The notes below the pieces were generated by a model. The model was not told the origin of the DNA. It saw only the letters and a list, made by a program, of their open reading frames with translations, and did not search any database. 64,000 nt of DNA, from assembly GCA_964187785.1 (NCBI GenBank), contig OZ076413.1:74214001-74278000 (forward strand), written 5' to 3'. Within the stretch, counting starts at the first letter, position 1. Every line of letters begins with the position of its first letter. This document shows positions 1 through 13,750 of the stretch, piece after piece. A program made the translations under genes and the position numbers. This stretch comes from Amphiscolops sp. MND2022 (taxonomy: Eukaryota).

Positions 1-124
1 AATAAATAAATTTTGTCCCGTGTCAAAGAATTTTACAGTGTGAAACTAAAGATTACCATCAAACTTTGTTCAAGAGGGCTACCCGATCATTTTTTTTGCA
101 ATCAGCTTCATCGTCCTTGACATT

Positions 125-1330
125 TCATGTGACATCATTTGCTATGAACAAGAAGTTTTTCAAGAGCTTCTTGTCTGACTCATCAACTTGATATTCAGCT
201 TCGCCATGAAATTTTTCTCGTTTGAGATGCAGATTAAAAGAAGTAGTGGTGTATGAGTAAGGAGGAGAGGTTGGAAAAATGTGAAATATTTGTGTTGAAT
301 TGAAAATGAATGGTTGAGTAGTTACTGTAGGGTTTTGTACGTGTCTGTGAGGTAAACCGTGTGTAGAGTCAAGTTCACTTGAGGGAGGTAGAAAACTTAA
401 AGTGGAGGAGCAACCTGTAGTCATTGTCGGTAGTAGTGAAATCAATAGAGACATATTTCGGATTCACAGGAAAGACAGACGTATCAATAATGTCAGAACT
501 TGAAGCCGTTTCGGATTGATCATTTTTAGCGGTTTATTAGTTTGCTCAGCTTGTTCCATTCAACTTGTGATTCATGGTAGTTCTCATTTTGGGCTGTCGG
601 TTTTTGTTGTTCTCTATAAGTCGCTATAGGTCTAGAAGAACACGGTACGTTTTTATCAGAGCGACACGACCGACAACGTTTCACAATAGTTTCCATGCCA
701 GGGAAGTTTGGGTGAACACCATCAGTACTTAGGTAATCCTTGCCTTTGAAAGAAAGAAGAATTGAGATCCAGCAAATGCAGTGTTACTAAGTCATGTAGT
801 TTGGAAGTGTTATCTCCACCTTAATGCAACTGTTGCAAGGTGTACAAAAAATTTCGTGTATACAAGAAGTCAAGTCATTGATGTTGACAAGGCTAGATGT
901 AACATTTGGTCGTTCCTAATTTTCAATGGACCAATTGCTTTAGAACGTCTGAGTTGAAGTAGACTACGCGTTTGAAGGTTGAGGACCGCTTATTGCCATC
1001 TTCTGAAAGGAAAGTGATACTGCAACAACACTAAAAACGATAGATATCTATTTCAGGACCCTTACACTCTCGATACTGGAACTTGAAAAAGCAACCTTGC
1101 AGCTAGTGTCAAAGCAACCTTTCGAATGACTAACGTCTCCAACAAAACCTTCCCTTCGGTAAAGCATTCTTTGTGGGCATTTAAATGAAAACTGGCATTG
1201 CTCACATTTGCATGAGGCAAATCTTGCTAAAGAAAATCCAATGAGTTGAAAACACTTTAGAAAAGCATGGTTGGAACAGTCATACTGCGCAGGAGGCAGA
1301 GTAGAACAAAGTTGACCTCTCGCTCTCAAG
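125..1330 (-). pseudogene. Degenerate ORF with SGNH/GDSL-esterase-like motifs (retroelement ORF1-like); interrupted by Gypsy-1 and continuing at ~17120-17340
   Basis: Minus-strand reading at ~660-760 gives KDYLSTDGVHPNFPGMETIVK (DGxHP, SGNH block V). Upstream, LIGFSLARF (ORF 1048-1329) resembles block I. Multiple stops and frameshifts. Confidence 0.4.
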
Positions 1331-1561
1331 ACTGCTGCAATTCTTCTTCCCGATGTGAAGCAACAACAAACACAGTGGTGTCTTTCATCGCCGGGTTGTA
1401 ATCACAATATCACCGTGCAGCTAGTGCGAGAACAGTCTTTCACTTAACCCACTACTCCAACAAGACCCGGAATGTTTCAGTCGTGTTGCCGCTCAAATCG
1501 CAATTCTCCTGCAAATCAATCAACATGTAAGAACATAGAAGTCAACAATTGAATTTCTGTC

Positions 1562-3046
1562 TGTCACAGCCGAGGGCATGTGCTGGAACGGGGTGCAGCG
1601 TTGACGGCAAATGCTTCAAATCGTGTACTGTCCCCCATTCAAAAACTTGTCAACACGTAAAACTCATGTTATGGTAATTTATTTGCGATGTTTTAACACC
1701 AGTTGTGTTAAGTTTTATTTGCTATTGATGCTGTGTAAATACCCTTACTACTGTTGATTTACATACAAACACGCACATGGTACTAGTTGTTCATTCGCCT
1801 TATGCCTAGTGTTACCTTTTTCAGATGTTTGTGAAATGAATAAATTATGTGGTAGTATAATACTGTTATACATAATAGCATGTGACTTGCAACTGGAAGC
1901 ATTGATTCTGCATAAAGTTTGCATCACAATGCAGTATAATTTCATTCCTTTGAAATTTAGAACATGATCTTCGAAGATATGACTCATTTGTATTCACACT
2001 TAGTTACTTCGGTAATGTGCTGGTATAGAGTCAAATGGATCATGATGTAGTATTCACTTTTTATCAGTGCTCAATGTGATTTATACGTGACTAATCAGAA
2101 TGAAGTATATGACGTCATGCAGGATACTATTATTAGATAATTGTGTCATGTAAGAATCTATTTATATAATTTTGGAAAATAACGGAGTGCTATTTTTAGC
2201 CATTACTTAATAATGATGTAATGATGATTAATTTTTAAAAGTGCTTGTCATGCTGCTAAAGTTAGCCCAAATCAAAAAGGAGAGTAAGAATCCAAAAATA
2301 ACATTCAACAGAAAACTTCCAGACTGATCAGACCTCTCTTTTCATTCTCAAAACCTTTGTTTCAACTTTGATAACTTAACATAATGCGCATTTTCTTCAA
2401 CTTTATTTCAACCCAATTTTACTTTGTTCATCATTCTAATTGAAATTCTTCTCTCCAAAACAGCATTTTAATCTGACCAAAATGGGTAACAAGAGAAATA
2501 GAAGATCTAGACGAGGACAATCACCCTCACTTGAGAGAGAGTTGAGCACATCCGAAATAGAGACATCACAAGGTAATGAAACTGTTATCGAAACTTTAAG
2601 TAACTTTGAAAATGTTTGTTCAGTTAGGGACGAAGAAATAGCTTTAGACAGTGGAACACAAAATGAAAACGAAATGCAAGTTTGGACCCAAAGGATATCA
2701 GATAAAACGAACAAAGAAGTAGCAAACTCAAGGAAAGAAATGGATTAGAAACTAGAGAAAATACTGAAAGAGATGAAAAATAACAGAAGAACGCAATCCG
2801 CACCGAACTGACGATATCAAGAGCAAAACACCCCAAGAGCAGGAACTTCAAAATACGCAAGTAATGAGGACGGTGAAGAAAACGCATCTGAGCCAGAAAA
2901 CCAAGAAGGTGAAATACAGGATAATCCTTTTAGGCCATCTAATTTAAACGAACTTAGAACGCCGATACAACCTTTGAGCATGCAAAACATTGATCTAAAC
3001 GACTCTGTGGTCATAAATGAGGACCGCACAGGAGAGGATTATCACA
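1562..3046 (+). repeat. Gypsy-1 5' LTR (1485 bp)
   Basis: Starts TGTCACAGCC, ends GGATTATCACA. About 9 differences versus the 3' LTR in the first ~180 bp (hand count). Confidence 0.95.
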
Positions 3047-3060
3047 TGGTGACAGGAGCT
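3047..3060 (+). promoter_or_regulatory. Primer-binding site of Gypsy-1 (TGGTGACAGGAGCT), tRNA-Leu-like
   Basis: TGG directly follows the LTR terminal CA. Resembles TGGTGTCAGGAG, the complement of tRNA-Leu 3' ends (from memory). Confidence 0.75.
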
Positions 3061-4145
3061 ACCAAACCACTTCATCGTCAAAGCTCAAACAATACAACAA
3101 CAACAACACACAATGAACATCTGATTGCTGAACCACTCAACATTCAGCAAGACCCCGTTAACCAAATAGCAATGGCTATTGAGAAATTAGCGCGTCATAA
3201 TTCACAACCATCACTCGTTCATCCAAAAAATACACTCACTTTCAATGGGAAATTGGAAAAGAATGAGAAATTCGAATGTTTCGAAGATCTTTTCCACACA
3301 ACACTCAGAATGCAACCCGCATTAACTGAGGAAATGAAAATAAACCTTTTTCACGCGCATTTGCGTGGATTAGCATTGAAAACATTCAAAAAAATTCAAC
3401 GAACACCAACAACCACACTCGAAGATATACTGGTAGTGTTCCGGAGAAAATATGTCAAGCCTGAATCTAGTGCGTCCGCAAAACATAGATTTCATCGCTT
3501 GGTTTTTGACCCGGAACGCCAGAAACTACCAGACTTCTTAGAAGAATTACAAGAAAGCGCCGAAAAAGCCTTCGGTGACATTGCATCACAAATGATAGAA
3601 AGTCTATTATATGCAAAAATGCCACCACACTTGAGACGTTCTATTAATCAAGCCTATCTTGAGAATGGAACATACGAGCAAATAGTCCGACATCTCGAAC
3701 GAGAGATGGAATTAAACGGATTTGAATCAGAAGACACTGGCGTTAAAACGCAAATGGCAGTAAAAAACAAACCAGCAGAAGACAAATCAACACATCAGAA
3801 AACGGCAACAACAAAAAAGAAACAACAAACACCAAAAACAGTGCCCAACAATACATTGCAAGATGACCAATGTCGTTATTGTAAAAACACAGGGCACAAG
3901 GCAGCAGACTGCGCTAAACTAGCAAAACGTCGTATGTTGGAAGAAGACCCTGATGCCATACGCTGTGCGCATTGTAAAGCACCAGGACATGAGGAACCAA
4001 CATGCTACTTCGGAGCAAATATGGAAAATCGCCCCCCGAAGTGGACACTAACCGAAGCACAGAAACAACTCATTGAAAATTACAAAAACTCCAACAAACA
4101 TATTAACCCGAAAGCACCCCGACGACAACCTTCATCATCGAAGGA

Positions 4146-4152
4146 TTTAAAC
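4146..4152 (+). promoter_or_regulatory. -1 ribosomal frameshift slippery heptamer T TTA AAC at the gag/pol junction
   Basis: In gag frame immediately before the TAA stop. The -1 frame is open from 4149 into the protease ORF (4293). Confidence 0.75.
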
Positions 4153-7100
4153 TAATAAAGCCACGCCCCACAAAATCAGAGGAGAAAGATGACTGGCAGC
4201 ATCCAACTCCTCACCCAATAAAAACAAACACTTTCACACAACACACTGACTCTCAGTCTCCAGGAACTCAACAAAACGAATCAGAGGATGATTTGTATGA
4301 AATATACAGAGACGCCCCTGACAGATACATAACCACAAATCTTGACATAAGTCACGAAAAAACACCAGAAAACCTGTTTGAATCTGAACCCGAAACCTCA
4401 CCACAAAATTTACCAGAACCTCTTTCGGAAAACAACTTTGAACCTCTCCAAACACAAGACCCATCTGAAATATCAACCGAACCTGCATCAATACAAAAAT
4501 TACCCCTCATAGATGATGAAATTCAAAACCATCTTAAGATTAATAAAGAAACAGATATACCAATGCTTCTCCTATCAACCAACCTGACACTAAAAAGCAA
4601 ACGCCATATGTATTATTTCCCGATGGATTTTGAGAAGCTTATACTTGACGGTCTAATTGATACCGGAGCTCTCACGAGCGCAATATCGGAACAAGACCTA
4701 AATAAAATCAAAATTCTTGCACCAGAAGCAATAACAGACACAGGTCCCGCACCCAATTTTCAAATAATGGTAGCAAACGGACAATTGGAAACACCAATAG
4801 GAACAGTCTGCCTAACATTTGAAGTGGCAGATTTTATGTTCAAAGAAAATTTCATTGTCATGAAAGTCTTACCGAATCCTCTAATTGGACTTTGTTTCTT
4901 AAAGAGGAACAATGCCATTTTCGACATCCGACAAGGAATATTAACTTTTCCGCCTTTATCAATGCAATTGAAACCAGAACACAATCTTCCAACACGACAA
5001 TCAACACCACTACTTGCAGAAGCAACACACACACTGCAACCGGGTGAAACGATGCTCATCGCAAGCAGAAAGCCGCACTAAATCGATCATGATGCAACAG
5101 ACATAGTAACGCCATCTACGCACCTTGAAGATCATGACACGCTTTTCGTTGAATCCTCCCTCTGCACAGTCAACAATAACGCAGTAGGGTACCAGATTTG
5201 CAATTTCTCAGAACTACCCTATACAATCACAACAGACACACATCTAGCCGACTTTCGAGTTTTAACCCCAGAACAGTTGAAATATATTAAACCAATCAAC
5301 CCTTCAATGCTAACATTCATCATGCACCAACATACTGAAGTTACAGATGTATACCTCAATGAACTTCTAAAAGTAAATAACAAAGAAGACAAAACGGAAC
5401 AATACTGGTTACCAACACCGGAACAACCTGGAGACCCCACAACATACACACCTATTCAGAAACGAATATTTGACGAACTTGTGGAACTTCAAACACTAGA
5501 AAAACTTAACCCACAAGACGACGAAAAATCACGCAAAACATTTCTTGACAATTTTGATTGGAGTGACACAACACTCACTCTTTTCGAACGACAAAAAGTG
5601 GAAGAACTGCTGGTTGAATTTCATGATGTTTTTGCCCGACACCGGTTTGACATCGGAACAAATAGAGAATTCAAAGTCAAACTCACACCAAATGATGATC
5701 GACCAGCATATAGTCAAAGTCTTCAACTCCGATCAACCTAAAAGATGATATCACAGTAGACCTTGCCCTACTTCACAAGTATGGTATAATAACAACACTA
5801 GTTTTCTCTAAATACGCAAGTCCCATTTTTGCGCAACGAAAACCTAATGGTCGTTTGCGACTCTTAGTCGACTTGCGCAAAATAAATAATCTCATCTCCG
5901 AAGACTACGTAAATAACAACCCAGTCAGTACACTTTCCGATGCATCCCAACATATGGCAGGAAAGAAATTATTTTGTTAACTTGACTGTTCACAAGCGTA
6001 TCACTGCCTTTAGATGGCAGATTACCAATCAATTCGGATGTTGGCCTTTAACTTTGCTAGCCGAACCTTTGCGTATCGACGACTAGCACAAGGCCTTAGC
6101 CGATCACTTTCAGCATTCTCCAGTTTCATACGGGAATACTTAGACACCCTCATTAAAGCAGACCAATGCGCCCAATACGTCGATGACATCGGAATTGCAG
6201 CAAAAACAGTGACACAACTGTGTATAAACATCCGAGCAGTCTGTGAATGTATACGGAACGCAGGACTGAAATTGTCAATGTCAAAATGCCATTTTGGAGT
6301 CAAGCAGGTCGACTTCATGGGAGGAACGATCACACCTGAAGGAGTTTCTCCCCAAGTAGACAAAGTCAAAGATTTCTTAGCGAAACTTAAATTCCCCAAA
6401 TCCAGAAAAGGCCTTCAAAGGTATATTGGTTTTCTGAATTATTACAGAAATTATATACCACGCCTTTCGGAACGACTCACCCCTTTCTTCAAACTACTGA
6501 AGGAAACCAACAAATTCTACATTTCTACCGAACTTACAAGCAATTTTGAACTGTTAAACAACCTTCTTCTCCAATCTTGCCAAATGGCGCTCAAAAAACC
6601 ACTCAAGACAAACAACTAATCGTCATGTCAGATGCAAGTTTCACAGCTGCAGGATACGCGATTATGATTGAAGACGACCCGCAACAAAAACTACAATCAA
6701 AACGCAAAACATACGCCCCAATCGCATTCGGCTCAAAAACTTTCAACCCAACCCAATTAAAAATGTCAATATATTCGAAGGAGTTTTCAGCCATCTTCTT
6801 CGCATTCTCAGAATTTGGACACCTAATGTGGAGAAGTACTTTTCCCGTAATTGTTTTCACCGACAACTGAGCAGTCACTAGATTTTTCCAAACAAAAATC
6901 GTCCCCCAGCACTATGGAACGCATGCGAATACGTCCTGCAGTATAATTTCGTCATAGCACATGTAGCAGGTTCAATGAAAACGACTGCAGACTTCTTGTC
7001 GCGAACGGAAATCAACCCGACAGAAAAACTAGAAATGAATTTACGCAACGACATAGAAACAAAAGCTATCGAGGTTAATATCCAATCCTCTGGCATAGCC

Positions 7101-9064
7101 GAAGAAGAACAAAGTTACATTCACCCAGACGAGGAAAACGATGAAAAAACACTTTGGGAACAAAAAGACAATATTAGAAATCAAGCACAAACAGAAACAC
7201 ACAATGAACCGGAAATTGAAAAAACTTCCATAAACCAACTGCCGGAACAATAGATTATCGGGAAGGACATTTCCGAGACAACGCAAAAATCCGACTCGAA
7301 CAAAATAATGACCCAGTCCTTCGCAATCTCAGAGCAAAAATAGAGGGTGAACCTTTTGATGAATCAGCGTTCACACAAGACAATCGCTACCAACATTACC
7401 TACAAAACATACCCCGCATCGAAATCCGCCAAGACTTTCTTGCACGAAAATACTACAATGATATTGGACAAATCTCAAACTACCAAATACTCTTACCGAA
7501 ACAGCTTCTCGAAGAGTTCCTACAAGCATTGCATGGACACAATGCAAATCACCCAGGAATAACAAAAATTACACAGGAAGCGCGACAGAAATACTATTAC
7601 CCATGCTTGGCAAAGCACATCAAAAATTGGGTACAAAACTTCCAAATTTGCATTCAAAACAAAAGAATCAATAACGATTTACTGAAAACAGAACTTCTAA
7701 ATTGTCCAGAATGGGACCTCGGTCCAGAAGATATTCTTCAGATGGACATTTTACCTAATCTCCCACCAAGTGGAGGGTTTGATAACATCATAACAGCAAT
7801 TGATGTCTTCTCAAGATATTTATTCGCTTATCCAACAACCCGAATCACAGCCCCTACAGTCGCAAGAGTCATTATGGACATTTTGTGCAAACACACACAT
7901 TTACCAACAACCATAATAACTGACATGGGCACTCAATTCAACTCACAAATCACCCGCGAAGTAGCAGCAGTGCTTTGAGTTGAACTAAAACATGCTTCGA
8001 CAAAACATGCACAAACAATCGGCATGCTAGAACGCACTCATGCTACAGTAAAAACACATTTGAAAGCAGCAACAGATGAATTTCGCAAAAATTGGCACAA
8101 ATTCCTGCCACTGGCGGTCTTAAACCACAACACAACGTATCATGCCAGCTTAGGATGTGAACCCACCCGTGTTTTCCACGGCAGGATACCAAATAACATC
8201 CTAGACTACAAGCTAGGCTATAACCCTAACCCACGGTATACTCCACAGTCTGACATTGCAGAAGAAATACAACGCAGAATGGAGAAACTTAATGACCAAA
8301 CCAAAAAGAATATCATGCAGTCATACTTAAAATATAAAGCATACTATGACTGCAAGGCAAAAGCAGCACCGCTTACTACAACAGACTATTGCTACATACT
8401 GAACCCGAAGGCCGACACACAAGCAACAAAATTTCCGTTCCGAGAATTCCGTTGGATAGGTCCTTACAAAGTTGAAAAAGTCCTACCTAACAATATTTAC
8501 ATTGTACGAAGGCTAGGGACAAACAAAACACAAATGTTACACCGAATACGTTTGAGGAAATTTACACCTAGCGCACCACTAGCCAATAATTTTGTCAGAG
8601 AAACAGAATGGCAAAAAGATGACAACATAATAGTTACACACGATGATCTGTATGCCCATACATGGGATACAAACTTTGGTACAGATCCATTTGACACAGA
8701 ACTCCCAGATAACGAACAAGATGACATACAAGAATTTGTACCGATAAACCACCCACCCTCCCTCGAAATTTCAAAAAACAGTGGGGGAGCCTCGGTAGAA
8801 CAAACTACCGATCCTAATGAAGAAAACCCAACCGGAAATGCAGAAAATGAGATTGATGTAACTGATAATCAGCAAAACATACAACCTAACCCTACTATTG
8901 ATGCAGAAAAGTCCCCGGAAAATGCAGACGAAAATCAAGAATAAACACTACCAGAAGATAATGTTGAGGTTCAAAAAGGAAAACCACCCACAAATACACG
9001 TGGACAAAAATACAATTTACGACCCAACCCAAACCCTAATTTCTCAGATTCATATAGATATTAA
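4149..9064 (+). pseudogene. pol: Gypsy-1 pol (protease, RT, RNase H, integrase), fragmented
   Basis: LIDTGA (protease); QYVDD (RT); SDASF and FTDN (RNase H); H..NHPG...C.IC zinc-binding region and core of integrase. Many stops and frameshifts. Confidence 0.95.
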
Positions 9065-9262
9065 AAACAAGAGACTATCAAGACTGAACTCACTGCTTCT
9101 TAACTTGAATCACTACCGTAAAAAGTAAATAGAACGTAATACAAACGAAAGAGTATTTTGTTCCAAAATAAAGAACAGTCTAAAGCACAGCAAATTAATT
9201 GTGCTTATTTGAAGTAGAAACCCCTTTCTTCTTCTCCTTCTTCTCTTCGGATTGGGGTGAAT

Positions 9263-12200
9263 CTACATTGGGAAACATGGGCACCTCAAACAAGTGTCGT
9301 ACCGCTGGACTAGCTTTGCTAGTTGAGAGTTTCTCCGGAGAAGTTTTACTGGGGGTACTAGAGGCACTAGAACTTCTGCTGGGAAGAGGATCTGCAGTTG
9401 ACAACCAGATAGTCTCATCATCTGCGCAACTCTTTTTATAACAGGCTTCCAGTGAGGCTCGAATCCCAATCTTGTGAAAATAGCTCGAGACAATAAATTC
9501 CACATAGAGAACTTGCGTTTGTGCATCAATCCAGGCCCTTTGTCAAGAAGAGCGAAGGGTCGGGGTAAGGAAGTAGACGCCAAAAATAAGCTTTCAATCT
9601 TCTGAATTGATGAAATCGAACACTGGAGACTTCTCACTGCAGAATTAAACTCTGAAACGTCTGACTTGAGTCCGACCAAAGAAACAGTTAATAAAGGGGG
9701 AGCCTGACAAGGACTTCTCAAGGTCGCGCAGCAAATCCGGAAAAATCGAAACAACTCTGCCCGACTCTGTAACTCGTAGTACCGAGAAAAGAGGCCCACC
9801 CATTCTTTGCTGCCATTGTCGACTTTGTCCAGTCGGAATTTCGTCACCAGAGAACAGTATTCGCCCACGATGACGGGCTTAACGCTTGGTGCGATCCATT
9901 TTTGTTGGACGAAGTAACCACATAGTAATTGAATGGAATCGTTGTAGTGAGCTGCGTTGCCAACTTTAACCACGACTTCATCAAATGAAGACAACCCCCT
10001 GGCGAATGAAGAGGTTGCTAATTCGCTGGTGAGGAGTTTCTTCATAAAACACTTGTAAAAGGAAACAACTTGGCTGACAAACCGTTTGGGGTAGGGACCT
10101 TACTCTTCTGCATCAGAAAAATCCTTGTCCTGCAAGAGTTCATCAACTGTTTTGAACACTAGCTTTTCATCATCCATGTCCAACATGAGGTAACTGTCCC
10201 AACCAGCGACATCACCAAGTTGAGTGGCAGGAAGGATAACTTGAAGTTGAGAGTAAATAAAGACACAGAATAGGTTGAATAACCGGAAACCCCCAGCAAC
10301 AGTGGTGTGAACTTCCTTGAAGATTGAATTGTCTGAAACAATGATAAACTTTGTGATCCCAAATTGTGGTTACAAAGTTTTCCCTGACCGATCCTTACAA
10401 AAGAAAGGTTCTCTTAGTGAGTGATCTGAAGGATTGGAAAATAACGGTTAATCCTACTAAAACAAAGGGGACATCTCTAAAGTATGAAATCGAAATCAAA
10501 TACTAACATTGGCTAAGTATGTTGCGGGTGATGAATAACCGCGCGACGAAGACTCGGTCCTTGACAATGAGATCATCCGTTCCAGTGGTCTAAAAGGGAG
10601 AAAGAAGAGATTATGTACTTAGAATCAAACGCAAGGAGGAGAAAAACCTAATCCAACAAAGCAAGTAGAGATTCGAGAAGACAGAATCAAAGAATACAAA
10701 CCTCGTGCATATGGAAGCGGTAGATAGAAATACGTCTACTGTTATAGAGATGTGTCACCACATTGTCCCAATTTGTGATCAATTGATCCAAAATCTCAAC
10801 GGCTTGGTCAAGTCATAGTCGAAATTAGTCACCATCTGAAAAATAACAATCACTATGAAATAGAAGTCACGTGCTGAAGTACTAAACATGAAGACAAAAA
10901 TGACGAATTCGTTCACGAGCAAGTTCATCATCACAATTCTGATGTGGTATGATTCTCTCAACAACTAATATTGTGACGTAATGATGAATCATACATAATC
11001 GTTAAGAAAAGAATTAATTGAAAGAGCCAAATATGCCGTACTATCCTGCAAACTTTGAGATGCATATTGAGTATCTTTGAAAATTTGAGCAATGAAAAAA
11101 TGAAAAATTGTAACAAGTTATGCGGCAGTTTACTGCAAGAAATGAAGTACAATGACTTGGGAGCAAAGAATCGAAGAAGTAAGCATCGAAAAATGTGATA
11201 CAGAATCGCAACGCAGTTAATAAAATTCGGAACTTACAAATTAGTCTAAAAGGCTATTTTGCCGAATGCTAAAGTCAAATTAATTAAGGGAGATTAAAAA
11301 ATTGGTCAAGGAGTTGCACCGATGGCACTAGAAGAGCACTCTCAAGATCATCGACATCGAATCTAGGAGCTGCACAAATTCTTCTCCGCTGCGGTAAGAC
11401 TCGAGAAATTGCCCACACGAAACGTCGAGTGAACCCAGACATAAACAGGATTTGCACGTCTTTGTCTAACAGTGCCAATAAACTGCTCACGGGATTGATG
11501 AGTGCGATAGAATTGGTCATTCGCCCAGGGAACACAGCAATGCACAAACTGTGAAGAGAATTTCCAGCCGAAAAGTTTATGAAAAGTCTGGTTTCGTTGG
11601 AAAGAACTGCAAGACAAAGAGAGAAACTGCCTGATGCTTCTACCGAAGTCACACAATATGACAGCAATTCGCGAAACATGTGGGTTAGCAATCCCTAAAT
11701 ATAAAAGAAAGAAGTTGGATAATAAAGAAAAGTTCAGAACATAGACACAATGGAAAATTTACTTACCAAAACTCGATGTGGCCTCCAATCTTACTGTGAA
11801 ATTGGCTCAATGGTTTTGGTTTCACGAACGAGATCATGCCAAAGTGATATAACGGTGTCCAAATGTCCTCCATGAACCAAGCCAAATTTGAGGAGATTAA
11901 GTTGCGGTAAGACTTCCTTGCTCGGAGGGCTCGCTGTTGCTCCTTCCGGTTGTTCTAACTGGCCAATCCGTAAATAATAGTCACCAAGTTTGGGAGCTAC
12001 AGGATATTCTCTTTTTGACCATACTTGAGAGCCATGCTGGTGAGCTTGTTACAATGTTTATCATATAAGGGGAGCCCAGGAGTCTCCATCCTGATACGAT
12101 GCTCCTTCACCAAATGAGCATCAGTCCGATAATGCCCCAGGATTTCGAGAGGTCCTTTTGTCATCAAGGAGAGTTCGACCAAGCATACCCGGCACCGGTA

Positions 12201-13485
12201 TTTGTTGGGGTATCGCGCTGCATCAGTGGGAGCAGTTACAAAATACTTTAATATGGGGTATTTGTGATACATCCACCCCGCTAAAGTGTGTCTTGGCTTC
12301 GATCTCTTCCCAGGCAGTGCTCCCTCCTCTCGTTGGGTGTGTCTTGGTTTCTTGATTGGCTTTTCCTTGGGCACATCCAATTCTTCAGCAGAAGAAAGAT
12401 CTGAGCTGCTTAATGAATCTGATGAAGTGTCGTCACTCCCTTCTACTTGCCGGGCTAGAGATTTTTTGGGGGATGGTGCCTCCTCTTTAGTCTCCTGTTC
12501 GCTGTGAAGGCTGGCCATGGCTGGTGGAGAGTTGGTTGTCACTGTCTCGTGATACTGTTGTAGTATCTTATCTCTGGCTTCCTCAGCTGCCTCTGTGAGT
12601 AGCCGTTCTAATCTCTGGTCCCCAGTGTCTTGAGGACTAGAATGGAGTGCGACAGTCGAATTGATAACTGACACTTGTGCCCCCGCTTCTGGATCTTGCT
12701 GTTTCTTACTAGGGGGAGTCGAGTTAAGTAAAAATCTCGTAAAAGGATAATCTTTAGAAGTACTTGGGATCAATAATGCAGGGTTGTCGTCATTCGTAAA
12801 AGATGATGAGGAACAAGGTCGTTTGTCGTCAATTGGAGCATTGTAAGTTTTTGAAGCTGATTCACACTGTTTTGGAGTTTTGTCTGAGGGATTTTTGGTA
12901 GTTGCTGAATTCTCAACGGGTTTGGTGGTTTTGACGTACTGACTGAAATCTCCGTTCAATAAAATTTGTGGAGAAAACTCTGGAGGAATATCGTCTTCAT
13001 CAATCGAAAACCTTGGATTAGTTTTGACACTCAGGGTAACACTGGGTTTTGCAGCTAAGCGTCCTGATTTCACAGAAGTAAAGGGAAGTCTACTTTGTGA
13101 TTGAGTTGGGAAAAAATCTGAAACAAAATTTGAAATATTGTGCTATATTCTGCAACCGGAAGTCAGTATTTCCGCACAAAATTGGAAAAGGTGCTACATT
13201 CTGCAACCGGAAGTAAATGTTTTCGCACGAAATTTGAAAAAACGGAAGTTGACAAATCTGAAGATAGTCGACAAAGATATGAGTCTGGCCAGCTCATTTT
13301 AAAACTCGAGATATCTCAAAAAAGCAACCACTCAGCCTGATCTGATCAGGAAAATACTGAAATTCAAGCTTACCACTTTTTGATGTAGATTTCTTCTTCT
13401 TCTTCTGTTTGTTGGAAGTCCCTGCTAGTGGCGATTTTGCTCCCTGATCTTTTTCACTCGCTGATGATTGCCGAGTGCAAACCAT
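9263..13485 (-). pseudogene. Spliced antisense accessory gene in Gypsy-1 with a C-x2-C-x16-H-x5-H zinc finger
   Basis: ATG at 13485. GT-AG intron 13373-13118 joins MVCTRQ...KSTSKS in frame to ORF 11997-13073. Intron 11766-11695 joins in frame to ORF 11284-11691. Further candidate introns at 10701-10590 and 10507-10457. Last ORF is 9263-10045. Confidence 0.7.
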
Positions 13486-13750
13486 CGTTTTGTAAGAGAA
13501 GAGAAACAATAATCCAGTACAAAGAATTTGTGATGTGAACTTTAAATCTGGTGCAACGAACTCGAGCGAGGGCAAATGGAAAATTACAAACTGATCTATA
13601 AAAACCGTAAAATGAACACGGACAGATGAAAGTAGGAAGCAAGAGAAAATTTTGGACTTTAAAGACGGAAATTTGACAAACAAAACTGCGGCGTGGCTTC
13701 CGGCTGAACAAATTCTAAGCATGACACATTGGCATATTTGCGCAAAGACT

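Larger units (their letters stand above)
2482..4155 (+). pseudogene. gag: Gypsy-1 gag, starting inside the 5' LTR, with two CX2CX4HX4C zinc knuckles; two premature stops
   Basis: ORFs 2440-2748 and 2974-4155 are in the same frame. TAG 2746-2748 and TGA 2809-2811 are GAG and AGA in the 3' LTR copy. Knuckles: CRYCKNTGHKAADC and CAHCKAPGHEEPTC. Confidence 0.88.
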
